A DNA stretch of 64,000 nt from assembly GCA_902625365.1 (NCBI GenBank), contig CACOAX010000002.1, forward strand, positions 468 through 64,467, written 5' to 3'. Positions 10,966 to 20,331 of the stretch are shown piece after piece. The position numbers and the translations under genes are program-made. Source of the stretch: an uncultured Alphaproteobacteria bacterium. GTDB taxonomy: Bacteria; Pseudomonadota; Alphaproteobacteria; HIMB59; GCA-002718135. The notes beneath the pieces are model-generated. The model was not told the origin of the DNA and did no database searches. It saw nothing but the letters and a program-made list of their open reading frames with translations. The number at the start of each line of letters is the position of its first letter. Position 1 is the stretch's first letter.

Positions 10966-12380
10966 TAATATAATGTTGATTTAATTTTATTATTTTCATT
11001 TAAAAACCTCTCTAAAAGGTTTTGACTAATTATAGTTCTATAATTTTTTGACGCTCTCATATCATCTATTGGATCAAATTCTTTTTTAATAATTTTCTTT
11101 GCTTCATTAATATTTTCTTCATTAAATATTTTATTCAATAAAAATTTTTGTGCCTTTTCAGCTATTTTTGGAGTTTCTGCTAAACCTCCACAAACAATTT
11201 TTATTTCTTTAATAATATTTTTTTCAATCCTAGCATTTATAGCCATGAAAACAGAACTTATGTCATCATCTATTCTTTTTGAAATTTTATAACATTTAAG
11301 AATATTTTTTTTATAAATGGGTATTATAATTTCTTTAATTATTTCATTAGGTTTTAATTTTGTTTTTCGATAGCTGAGAAAATAATTATCCAATAATAAA
11401 GTTTTTTTAACTTTTCCTTGAATAACAATTTTACTATTGAGTGCAATTAATACAGGCAAACTATCACCTATTGGAGATGCGCTTCCAATGTTACCTCCAA
11501 GAGAAGCAGTATTTCTTATTTGCTCAGATCCGTATCTTTCAAACATTTTAGCAAATGTTGGATAAATATTTTCTAAAATTGGTAAAATATCATTTATGGG
11601 AGTAGCGGATCCAATGTGTAAATTATTGTTTTTATTTTTAATATAATTTAAATCTTTATTTGATCCTAAATAAAAAATATTTTTTAAATCTTTTCTTTTT
11701 TTTGTTACTTCAAGAGCGAGATCTGTACCTCCGACTAGTAAATGTCCATTACTAATCTTTTGATAGTCTTCTATTAGAGAATTTAAATTATAATGGATGA
11801 AAAACTTAGAATCATTTTTTTTAATAACAATATCAGTTTTCTTAATTGATTTTAATAATCTGATAACTTTACTTTTTGAAAATTTATCACTTTTATAGCT
11901 ATACATATTTTTAATTGCATTTTTAATTGGAAGATAACCTGTGCATCTACATAAATTTCCAGAAAGAAATTTATCGATATTTTCTTCTGTTGGTTTAATT
12001 TTGTTTTCGTACATATTATACATTGACATAATAATACCAGGTGTACAAAAACCACATTGAGATCCATCACTATCAATCATTGATTGTTGAACAGGATGAA
12101 GTTTATTTTTTTTTATATGTTCAACCGTTATTAATTGCTTGCCATGTAGAGAATACAAAAAAGTAATACAAGTATTTATACTTTTATAAGAAATTTTATT
12201 CTCTTTTAATTCTCCTACAACTGCAGTACATGCTCCGCAATCACCAGATGCGCAACCTTCTTTTGTTCCAGTTAACTCATGATTATTTCGAAGATAATTT
12301 AAGACCGTTGTATTTGTATCTAAATCTTTGATAGATATTTTTTCTTCATTCAGGAGAAAATAGACATGTGCTATAGACAC
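10965..12380 (-). CDS. xdhA: Xanthine dehydrogenase, Fe-S/FAD-binding subunit
   Basis: 471 aa. Two 2Fe-2S motifs are present (CASGDCGACT, CGFCTPG...CRCTGY), followed by an FAD-binding domain (GGTDL). Confidence 0.93.
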   Translation of the reverse strand: MSIAHVYFLLNEEKISIKDLDTNTTVLNYLRNNHELTGTKEGCASGDCGACTAVVGELKENKISYKSINTCITFLYSLHGKQLITVEHIKKNKLHPVQQSMIDSDGSQCGFCTPGIIMSMYNMYENKIKPTEENIDKFLSGNLCRCTGYLPIKNAIKNMYSYKSDKFSKSKVIRLLKSIKKTDIVIKKNDSKFFIHYNLNSLIEDYQKISNGHLLVGGTDLALEVTKKRKDLKNIFYLGSNKDLNYIKNKNNNLHIGSATPINDILPILENIYPTFAKMFERYGSEQIRNTASLGGNIGSASPIGDSLPVLIALNSKIVIQGKVKKTLLLDNYFLSYRKTKLKPNEIIKEIIIPIYKKNILKCYKISKRIDDDISSVFMAINARIEKNIIKEIKIVCGGLAETPKIAEKAQKFLLNKIFNEENINEAKKIIKKEFDPIDDMRASKNYRTIISQNLLERFLNENNKIKSTLY

Positions 12381-12733
12381 TAGCTTCCTCTATATGTTGA
12401 ATAACTCCACGGGGTAATAAGAAGAGGTACATGGTAGTGCTCTTCTTTGTTAATTCCAAATCTAATTATTACGTCATCAAGAAAAAATGGTTCATCAAGA
12501 TTTGTAAATTCCTTAAAATAACTCCCGCAAAGAAATAGCAACTCATATTTTCCAAGTATAAAATTCTCTTTACTTAATATAGGCTCATCACATCTGCCAT
12601 CTTCATTGAGAATAAAATTTGAAATTTTAACTTTATTTTCACCATCAATTTTGAAAAGTGACCCTTTTATACCAGAACCAGGCTTACCATTATAGGTATC
12701 CAAAACATGAGTAGTTAAATATCCTTTAGACAT
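12380..12733 (-). CDS. uraH: 5-hydroxyisourate hydrolase (transthyretin-like)
   Basis: 117 aa. It starts LTTHVLD and ends with the signature YSTYRGS. Confidence 0.9.
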   Translation of the reverse strand: MSKGYLTTHVLDTYNGKPGSGIKGSLFKIDGENKVKISNFILNEDGRCDEPILSKENFILGKYELLFLCGSYFKEFTNLDEPFFLDDVIIRFGINKEEHYHVPLLITPWSYSTYRGS

Positions 12734-12785
12734 AATACTTATTCGTTTATACAGTATTTAGCTAAATATTAAATCAAGCATTTTT
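12734..12785. promoter_or_regulatory. 52-bp divergent control region between the uraH-xdh-guaD-puuD and puuE-uraD-alc-allA-ABC operons
   Basis: This is the only non-coding DNA between two divergent operons of one pathway. It contains the perfect 14-bp palindrome TATTTAGCTAAATA at 12755-12768. Confidence 0.4.
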
Positions 12786-13697
12786 ATGAAAGACGACAGA
12801 AATTATAAAGGCTACGGAAATAATGACTCTAACTTTTATTGGCCTAATAAATCAAAACTCGCTCTTCAATTTGTTCTAAATTATGAGGAAGGTGCTGAAA
12901 ATTCAATAATGAATGGTGACGAAGGATCAGAAACTTTTTTATCGGAAATAATTAATGCAAAGCAAATAAAAGGTGCCAGAAATATAAATATGGAATCAAT
13001 ATATGAGTATGGCTCAAGAAGGGGTTTTTGGAGAATACATAATGAGTTTGAAAAAAGAAAATTACCTTTAACAATATTTGGCGTTGGTATGGCTTTAGAA
13101 AAAAATCCTGATGTTTGTGAGCAAATAATTAAATCAAAGTATGAAGTAGCTAGCCATGGTTATCGATGGATAGACTATCAAAATATAACTGAGGAAGTTG
13201 AAAAAGAACATACTATAAAATGTAACAACATTATTAAAGATATATTTGGCTATTTTCCGTCTGGTTGGTATACTGGTAGAACAAGCCCAAATACAAGAAA
13301 TATAATTTTAGAAAATACAAATATTATTTACGATAGTGATTCCTATGCTGATGATTTACCCTACTGGATAAAAGTAAAAAATAAAAAACATCTAATTATT
13401 CCATACACTCTAGATAATAATGATATGAGATTTTCTACCTTACAAGGTTTTAACACAGGTGAGGATTTTTATAATTACTTAAAAAACTCATTTGATACAT
13501 TATACAGAGAAGCAAACGAGTTCAATAAACCAAAAATGATGAGTGTGGGTTTACATTGTCGATTAATAGCAAGACCTGGAAGATTTATGTCGTTGGTAAA
13601 ATTTTTGAATTATGTTTCTGGTTATAATGATATTTGGATATGCAAAAGAGAGGAAATTGCCAATTATTGGTATGAAAATTTTAGTGATGAAAATTGA
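12786..13697 (+). CDS. puuE: Allantoinase, PuuE type (polysaccharide deacetylase fold)
   Basis: 303 aa. It looks like a NodB/polysaccharide-deacetylase family member (FVLNYEEG, ASHGYRW) and is first in the ureide operon. Confidence 0.85.
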   Translation: MKDDRNYKGYGNNDSNFYWPNKSKLALQFVLNYEEGAENSIMNGDEGSETFLSEIINAKQIKGARNINMESIYEYGSRRGFWRIHNEFEKRKLPLTIFGVGMALEKNPDVCEQIIKSKYEVASHGYRWIDYQNITEEVEKEHTIKCNNIIKDIFGYFPSGWYTGRTSPNTRNIILENTNIIYDSDSYADDLPYWIKVKNKKHLIIPYTLDNNDMRFSTLQGFNTGEDFYNYLKNSFDTLYREANEFNKPKMMSVGLHCRLIARPGRFMSLVKFLNYVSGYNDIWICKREEIANYWYENFSDEN

Positions 13698-14196
13698 AGA
13701 TATTAATAATTATAACTCTGAGAAATTTATTGATTCTTTTAAAAATATTTATGAAGAATCTAAATTTATAACAGAATATGCTGATAAAAAGCGACCATTT
13801 AAAAATAAAAAAGAAATGATATCAATATTTTTAGAGTTGTTTGATAATTTAGATGAAGAAACTAAAGTAAATATAATTAAAAAACATCCTGATCTAGCCG
13901 ATAAAATAAAAATAAATAAAGGTTTGTCTGAATTATCTGATGAAGAACAAAGTAGATCTGGATTAAAAGATTGTTCAGAACAAGAATTTAACTTATTTAA
14001 AGATTTAAATTTAAAATTTAAAAACAAATTTAATATTCCATTTATTTTTGCAGTTAGAAATAAAAATAAAAATGAAATTATAACAGAGTTTAAAAGTAGA
14101 TTAGACAATAATGACTTAAACTTAGAAATAAAAACTTCAATTTCACAAGTAAAAGAAATTGCAAAATTAAGATTAACAGAATTAATTAATGAATAA
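13687..14196 (+). CDS. uraD: 2-oxo-4-hydroxy-4-carboxy-5-ureidoimidazoline (OHCU) decarboxylase
   Basis: I trimmed the track ORF to the ATG at 13687, which overlaps the puuE stop by 11 nt. Motifs are KKHPDLA and FIFAVRNKNKNEII..RL. Confidence 0.8.
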   Translation: MKIEDINNYNSEKFIDSFKNIYEESKFITEYADKKRPFKNKKEMISIFLELFDNLDEETKVNIIKKHPDLADKIKINKGLSELSDEEQSRSGLKDCSEQEFNLFKDLNLKFKNKFNIPFIFAVRNKNKNEIITEFKSRLDNNDLNLEIKTSISQVKEIAKLRLTELINE

Positions 14197-15166
14197 GAAA
14201 TATATTCAAAAAAATTATATAAACTTATGTAGTAAGGTTTTAGGTACAAAAATTCATAGTTTTTCTGATCAGTTTTTTGGATCAGCATCCAGATTGCTTA
14301 AAGAGGAACAACCAATTTTTAAAGAAGGAGTATACGATAAAAATGGGAAATGGATGGATGGATGGGAAACAAGAAGAAAAAGAATTGAAGGAAATGATTA
14401 TGTTACTATTAAATTAGGCCTTCCTGGTAAAATTAATTTTGCTGAAATAGACACAAGCTATTTTAATGGCAATCAACCTGAATACGCAAGCATTGATGCT
14501 TGTTATTTTGAAAAAAATAAATTTAATTGGGTAAATATTTTATCAAAAAGGAAACTTAATCCAAATTATCTTCATGGTTTTAAAACTCAACAGAATAATA
14601 AAGTTTTTAACTTCATAAGATTGAACATCTATCCAGATGGAGGAGTAGCAAGATTAAAATTATTAGGAAATTTAGATGTATCAAAATTAAAATTTCCAAA
14701 TAAAAAATTTGATTTACTTAGTATCCTTAACGGTTCAAAAATTGTGGCATGTAGTGATGAACATTTTGGAAGGGCAGAAAATTTATTACTTCCATTTAAA
14801 TCTAAAAATATGGGTAATGGTTGGGAAACTAAAAGAAGAAGAGGATCAGGATATGACTGGGTTATAATTAAACTTGGTAAACCTGGTTTAATTGAAAAGT
14901 TTAATATTGAAACTCATTATTTTAAAGGTAATTATCCTTCTCATTGTTCAGTACAAGCTCTTTATTCAATAAAAAATATAAATATAAACAAATTAATAAA
15001 TGAAAGCAAAAATTGGAAATATTTAATAAAAAATAAAAATCTTAAACCTAATTCATCATTAAAAATTAATTCAAATAAACAAATTAAAAAAATAAATTAT
15101 TTGAAGTTAAATATTTATCCTGACGGTGGTATTTCACGGATCAGGGCAATTGGAAAGTTTTTGTGA
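14189..15166 (+). CDS. alc: Allantoicase
   Basis: 325 aa with two internal repeats, each carrying GWET(R/K)RRR and a D/E-T-x-x-F-x-G-N core (IDTSYFNGN, IETHYFKGN). Confidence 0.9.
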   Translation: MNKKYIQKNYINLCSKVLGTKIHSFSDQFFGSASRLLKEEQPIFKEGVYDKNGKWMDGWETRRKRIEGNDYVTIKLGLPGKINFAEIDTSYFNGNQPEYASIDACYFEKNKFNWVNILSKRKLNPNYLHGFKTQQNNKVFNFIRLNIYPDGGVARLKLLGNLDVSKLKFPNKKFDLLSILNGSKIVACSDEHFGRAENLLLPFKSKNMGNGWETKRRRGSGYDWVIIKLGKPGLIEKFNIETHYFKGNYPSHCSVQALYSIKNININKLINESKNWKYLIKNKNLKPNSSLKINSNKQIKKINYLKLNIYPDGGISRIRAIGKFL

Positions 15167-15657
15167 ACTATAAAATAAAGAATATTAGTAAAGAGAATTT
15201 CAAAAATTATGGTGATTTAATTACAACATTTAATAAAAATTATGAAAGTATTAATAAAAATACAACTGATAGTTTTTTTGATTTAGCAAATATTCAAATA
15301 ATTGGTGATGACAAAAGATCTAGATTAAATATTTTTCAAGCTAAGAAAAGAAACTTTCCATTAAAAATTAACATGTTAGAAAATCACCCCTTTAGCTCTC
15401 AAGTATTTCTTCCATTTAATGCTACAGGGTTTTTAGTTTTAGTTGCTCCAATAGGTAACAAACCTAAAATTGATTTAATTGAAATATTCAAAGTAAGTGG
15501 TGGTGATGGTATAAATTTTAATCCCAAAGTATGGCATTTTCCTCTAATATCTCTTGAGAATGAAAAATATATTACCATTGATAAAAAAGATGCGGATAAT
15601 AATATTGAGATTTATAATTTTGAGCAATCAGAAATATTTGAATTAAATTATGAGTGA
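15163..15657 (+). CDS. allA: Ureidoglycolate lyase (urea-releasing, AllA family)
   Basis: 164 aa with a GTG start overlapping the alc stop (GTGA). Size is cupin-like, a NHPFSSQ.F.P motif is present, and the operon position fits. Confidence 0.8.
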   Translation: MNYKIKNISKENFKNYGDLITTFNKNYESINKNTTDSFFDLANIQIIGDDKRSRLNIFQAKKRNFPLKINMLENHPFSSQVFLPFNATGFLVLVAPIGNKPKIDLIEIFKVSGGDGINFNPKVWHFPLISLENEKYITIDKKDADNNIEIYNFEQSEIFELNYE

Positions 15658-17155
15658 TACAATATTAAATATAGAGAATATTACAAAATCTTTTCCAAGA
15701 GTAATAGCAAATAAAAAGGTTACCTTTGATATTAAAAAAAATGCAGTTCACGCAATTTTAGGAGAAAATGGAGCAGGGAAATCTACTTTGGTAAAAATTC
15801 TATATGGTCTCTTAGAACCAGATGAAGGAAATATTAAATTAAATAATAGGGATTTTAAAGTTAGTTCACCAGCAGAAGCAAGGAAACAAGGAATAGGAAT
15901 GGTATTTCAGCATTTTTCTTTATTTGATTCTTTATCAGTAAAAGAAAATTTAATTTTAGGAATTGATGAAAAGATGTCTTATTCAGATTTAGAAAATAAG
16001 CTAGAAAATATAAGCTCAAGATACAATCTTCCCTTAGATTTAGATGCTCCAATTACTGCTTTGTCAGCTGGAGAAAAGCAGCGTGTAGAAATAGTAAGAA
16101 TTTTATTACAAGACCCTCAGATACTTATTATGGATGAACCAACTTCAGTCTTAACACCACAAGAAGTTGAAAGTTTGTTTGTAACATTAAATGCACTCGT
16201 CAAAGAAGGTCGTACCATATTATATATCACTCATAAACTTGAAGAAGTAATATCAATATGTGATACAGTTACAATAATGAGAAGTGGTGAAATTATAGAC
16301 ACTTCAAGTACTTCAAATCAAACTGCAAAAACACTTGCAACAAAAATGCTAGGACAAAAACTAGATGATTTAAAAACTAATTACGGGCATATTAAAGATG
16401 AAGTTAACTTTGAAGTAAAAAATATTTCATGTGATTTTAATGATCCATTTTTAACAGACCTTAAAAATATTTCATTTCAAGTTAGAGTGGGTGAAATTTA
16501 TGGCATTGCTGGTGTTGCTGGTAATGGACAATCAGAATTAATGGACATTTTAACAGGGGAAAATATAAATATTAAATCTGGATCAATTACTTTTGATAAT
16601 AAAAAAATTGAAAAGTATGGACCACAAAAAAGAAGAGATTTATCTATTTCGTTTGTTCCCGAGAATAGATTAGGTCATAGTGCAGTTCCTGAGTTAAGTT
16701 TGTCTGAAAATATTCTTTTAAGTCAATTTCCAAAAAATAATTTTATTAAAAATGGTATAATATTGAAAAATAACGTTGATGATTTTGCTAATAATGTAAT
16801 TAATGAATTTAAAGTTATTACTCCTGGGAATGATGCTAAAGCATCAAGTTTGTCTGGAGGAAATTTACAAAAATATGTCATTGGTAGAGAAATTTCATCT
16901 AAGCCAAAAATATTAATTATTTCACATCCAACTTGGGGGATAGATGCCGGCGCTGAACATTCTATAAGAGAGTCTTTGATAGAATTATCGCAAAATGGAA
17001 CTTCTATAATTGTTATTTCTCAGGATTTAGATGAATTGATTGAAATTACTCATAAAATATCTGTTATTTATGATGGTAATTTATCCAAACCTTTTAAAAC
17101 TAGTGAAGTAGAAATTGAAAAATTAGGATTATTGATGGGTGGAAAAAATGAATAA
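15650..17155 (+). CDS. ABC transporter ATP-binding protein (duplicated ATPase, CUT2/BMP nucleoside type)
   Basis: 501 aa with Walker A GENGAGKST, signature LSAGEKQR, and a second signature LSGGNLQK. Confidence 0.92.
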   Translation: MSDTILNIENITKSFPRVIANKKVTFDIKKNAVHAILGENGAGKSTLVKILYGLLEPDEGNIKLNNRDFKVSSPAEARKQGIGMVFQHFSLFDSLSVKENLILGIDEKMSYSDLENKLENISSRYNLPLDLDAPITALSAGEKQRVEIVRILLQDPQILIMDEPTSVLTPQEVESLFVTLNALVKEGRTILYITHKLEEVISICDTVTIMRSGEIIDTSSTSNQTAKTLATKMLGQKLDDLKTNYGHIKDEVNFEVKNISCDFNDPFLTDLKNISFQVRVGEIYGIAGVAGNGQSELMDILTGENINIKSGSITFDNKKIEKYGPQKRRDLSISFVPENRLGHSAVPELSLSENILLSQFPKNNFIKNGIILKNNVDDFANNVINEFKVITPGNDAKASSLSGGNLQKYVIGREISSKPKILIISHPTWGIDAGAEHSIRESLIELSQNGTSIIVISQDLDELIEITHKISVIYDGNLSKPFKTSEVEIEKLGLLMGGKNE

Positions 17156-18221
17156 TTTATTTCCCTCTATAGTTTCTCGCTCACAGAGTTCAGGTCTAAT
17201 GAATTTTTTTATTCCCATAATATCTATTATTTTAACTTTAATTACTGGATCAATTATTTTTGTTCTCCTTGGTTTTGATCCAGTTTATGCATTGTATACG
17301 TTTTTTATTTCACCCATTTCTTCAACCTACGGTATTTCTGAATTATTTGTAAAAGCAACTCCTTTAGCCTTGATTGCAATTGGTCTTTCATATTGTTTTA
17401 AGAATAATATTTATAATATTGGAGCTGAAGGACAACTTACCATGGGTGCAATTTTTGGTGGAGGTATTGGAATATTATTTCACGATACAAATGCTTTCTG
17501 GTTGTTGCCATTAATGATTTTTGCAGGAGCAATTGGAGGAGCATTGTGGGGTTTAATACCTGCTATTTTAAAAACAAAATTTAATACAAATGAAATTTTA
17601 ACAAGCCTAATGATGGTTTATGTTGCTTTATTTATTTTAGATTATTTAGTAGTAGGGCCTTGGAAAGATCCATTTGGGTATAGCTTTCCTAAATCAAGAC
17701 CGTTCAGTGAATCAGGAAGAATGCCTTTATTATTTGATGGTTTAAGGGTGCACTTTGGATTAATTATAACGCTATTTTTAATTTTTGTATCTTGGTTTAT
17801 ATTTTCTAAAACTATTTTTGGCTTTCAATTGAAAGTATCTGGTTACAGTCCTAAAGCTGCTAGATATGCAGGTTTTAATCAAACAACTTTAGTTTTTTTT
17901 GCTTTTGCAATTTGTGGTGCTTTTGCAGGTATTGCAGGTTTAGCTGAAGTATCTGGCCCAATTGGATTATTATATAGAGATATTTCTCCAAATTATGGAT
18001 TTACTGCAATTATTGTCGCTTTCTTAGGTAGACTTCACCCAATTGGTATTATTTTTGCTTCTCTAGTTATCGCTCTTACCTACCTTGGTGCTGAGGACGC
18101 ACAATTGTTTTTACAAATACCTTCAGCAGTAGGTTTTATATTTCAAGGTTTGGTTTTATTTTATTTATTAGGTGCGGAATTACTAATTAACTATAAATTA
18201 ACTTACAAAAAATTATTATGA
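17148..18221 (+). CDS. ABC transporter permease (BMP/nucleoside-type)
   Basis: Polytopic. I prefer the ATG at 17148, an 8-nt overlap with the ATPase stop, over the GTG at 17139. Confidence 0.88.
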   Translation: MNNLFPSIVSRSQSSGLMNFFIPIISIILTLITGSIIFVLLGFDPVYALYTFFISPISSTYGISELFVKATPLALIAIGLSYCFKNNIYNIGAEGQLTMGAIFGGGIGILFHDTNAFWLLPLMIFAGAIGGALWGLIPAILKTKFNTNEILTSLMMVYVALFILDYLVVGPWKDPFGYSFPKSRPFSESGRMPLLFDGLRVHFGLIITLFLIFVSWFIFSKTIFGFQLKVSGYSPKAARYAGFNQTTLVFFAFAICGAFAGIAGLAEVSGPIGLLYRDISPNYGFTAIIVAFLGRLHPIGIIFASLVIALTYLGAEDAQLFLQIPSAVGFIFQGLVLFYLLGAELLINYKLTYKKLL

Positions 18222-19087
18222 ATTTAGATTTAATACTTGGAATTTTACAAATTGTTTTAATTGCAACAACACCTCTTGTTTTTGCTGGAATAGGTGAGTT
18301 AGTTGCAGAAAAATCTGGAGTATTAAATTTAGGTGTAGAAGGAATGATGTTAGTAGGGGCAGTGTCCGCTTTTACTATCTTAGTAATTACAGGAAGTTAT
18401 TTTTTAGCTTTTTTTGTATCTATATTATCTGGAATTATCATGTCTGGTTTATTTGCTTTTCTAGTTCTGTTTTTAATGTCAAATCAAATTGCTACAGGAT
18501 TAGCATTAACTATTTTTGGAATAGGTCTTAGTTCGATGCTTGGCAAACAATATATTGGAACACCAATTGATGGTCTGTCACCATGGTTTTTTGTTATATT
18601 TTCTTTCTTAATTGTTTTTTTGGTTAGTTATTTTTTTTATAAAACTAAAGCCGGTTTGATTTTAAGAGCAGTAGGGGAATCTCATAATTCTGCACATGCA
18701 TTAGGATATAGCGTTATTAAAATAAGATTTTTATCAATTTTATTTGGAGGTTCTATGTGTGCTCTTGCCGGATCATATATTTCAATTTGTTATGCCCCAA
18801 TGTGGCAAGAGGGAATGACAGCTGGACGTGGATGGATAGCGTTAGCTTTAGTTGTTTTTGCAACTTGGAAACCAGAAAGAGTGCTTATTGGAGCTTATAT
18901 ATTTGGAGGTGTTACTATTCTTCAAATGAATCTTCAGGCTTTAGGTTTAAGATTCCCTGGTCAATTTTTCAGCATGGCGCCATATGTTGCAACTATTATA
19001 GTTTTAGTGTTAATTTCTAGTAATAAATTAAGAATAAAACTTAGTGCACCTGCTTCGTTAACTATTCCTTTTTATAAAGGCAGATAA
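18218..19087 (+). CDS. ABC transporter permease (second subunit)
   Basis: 289 aa, polytopic, with an ATGA overlap with the preceding permease. Confidence 0.88.
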   Translation: MNLDLILGILQIVLIATTPLVFAGIGELVAEKSGVLNLGVEGMMLVGAVSAFTILVITGSYFLAFFVSILSGIIMSGLFAFLVLFLMSNQIATGLALTIFGIGLSSMLGKQYIGTPIDGLSPWFFVIFSFLIVFLVSYFFYKTKAGLILRAVGESHNSAHALGYSVIKIRFLSILFGGSMCALAGSYISICYAPMWQEGMTAGRGWIALALVVFATWKPERVLIGAYIFGGVTILQMNLQALGLRFPGQFFSMAPYVATIIVLVLISSNKLRIKLSAPASLTIPFYKGR

Positions 19088-19196
19088 ATAATATCCACTT
19101 TTTTTTTTCTATAATCATATACAATTATTGATCAAATCTATTTGTATATATTAAGTATATCTTTGAGTAATCGTTATATTAGCAGGTGAGGTTAAA

Positions 19197-20264
19197 ATGA
19201 TTAGAACAATAACTTATTTATCAACTTTTCTGGTATTTGCATTTGGCTCAGCATATGCAGACCCTAAAAAAGTTGGATTTATATATATAGGTCCTCCAGG
19301 AGATCACGGTTGGACGTATATGCATGATGTAGGTAGAAAATATATGGAAAGCCAACTTGGCGACTCTATTACTACTACTTATCTTGAAAATATTCCTGAA
19401 AATGCAGATGCAGTGAGAGCAATCCGAAAACTAGCTGATTCAGGACATGATTTAATATTTACTACGTCTTTCAACTATATGGATCAGACACATGAAGTAG
19501 CTAAGGATTTTCCCGATGTAAAATTTGAACATGCTACTGGATATATCCAAGCAGAAAATGTTGCTACTTATTCAGCTAGATTTTATGAAGGCAGAATGAT
19601 TGAAGGTCATATTGCTGGGCATATGACTGAAACCAATACTATTGGTTATATAGCTTCATTCCCTATCCCAGAAGTTGTTAGAGGAATAAATGCATTCTAT
19701 TTAGCAGCATCTAAAGTAAATCCAGATATAAAAATGAAAATTATTTGGGTATTTACTTGGTATGACCCAGGTAAAGAAGCTGATGCAGCAAATACATTAA
19801 TTAATCAAGGAGCTGACATAATTGTACAGCATACAGATACATACGCTCCTTGTCAGGCTGCTCAAAAAGCAGGTGTCTTTGCATTTGGTCAAGCTTCAAA
19901 TCAAGAAGAGTTCTGTCCTGATGCACATTTAACTTCAATTGAAGATATTTGGGGCCCTTATTATGCTGAAAGAGCAAAAGCTGTCGTTGATGGCACTTGG
20001 TCCTCAGGTGATACTTGGGATGGTATGGATAAAGGTATGGTTGTAATGTCACCATATAATACTAAACTTATGCCAGCAAGTCTAATTCAAGAAGCTGTAA
20101 ATATGGAAGTTGGAATTAAAGATGGAACTATCCATCCTTTCACAGGACCAATTTACAATCAAGCTGGTGAGCTTGTAGTTCCTGAAGGTGAAGTAGCGCC
20201 TGATGGAATGTTACTTGGAATGAACTTTTATGTTCAAGGAATTGACGGCGAAGTACCACAATAA
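19197..20264 (+). CDS. BMP-family (PnrA/Med-like) ABC substrate-binding protein, probably for a purine base or nucleoside
   Basis: 355 aa with a signal peptide and KVGFIYIGPPGDHGWTY typical of basic membrane protein family binding proteins. A strong RBS (AGGTGAGG) lies upstream. Confidence 0.9.
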   Translation: MIRTITYLSTFLVFAFGSAYADPKKVGFIYIGPPGDHGWTYMHDVGRKYMESQLGDSITTTYLENIPENADAVRAIRKLADSGHDLIFTTSFNYMDQTHEVAKDFPDVKFEHATGYIQAENVATYSARFYEGRMIEGHIAGHMTETNTIGYIASFPIPEVVRGINAFYLAASKVNPDIKMKIIWVFTWYDPGKEADAANTLINQGADIIVQHTDTYAPCQAAQKAGVFAFGQASNQEEFCPDAHLTSIEDIWGPYYAERAKAVVDGTWSSGDTWDGMDKGMVVMSPYNTKLMPASLIQEAVNMEVGIKDGTIHPFTGPIYNQAGELVVPEGEVAPDGMLLGMNFYVQGIDGEVPQ

Positions 20265-20280
20265 CTAATATTCTTAAAAT

Positions 20281-20310
20281 CCTCTCTCCTTAAAAGAGAG
20301 AGGTTTAATT
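20281..20310 (+). terminator. Intrinsic terminator after the binding-protein gene
   Basis: A perfect 8-bp stem CCTCTCTC (20281-20288) pairs with GAGAGAGG (20296-20303). The loop is 7 nt and a T-rich tail follows. Confidence 0.6.
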
Positions 20311-20331
20311 CTTAATTTCAAAGGAAGATTT

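Noticed and set aside
13612-13686. N-terminal extensions of track ORFs that overlap the preceding gene: 13612 for uraD, 27195 for serA, 34735 for the nucleoside hydrolase, 41602 for SRAP, 48829 for the glycosyltransferase, 51500 for GCH II, 55644 for EamA and 55779 for acyP.
   Set aside because: In each case an internal start codon gives the family-typical N-terminus and a short 1-20 nt overlap or small gap. The extensions are simply open frame within the upstream or divergent gene.
19098-19110. The T-run after the second permease gene as an intrinsic terminator.
   Set aside because: No GC-containing hairpin precedes the T tract. It is more likely part of an AT-rich promoter spacer.
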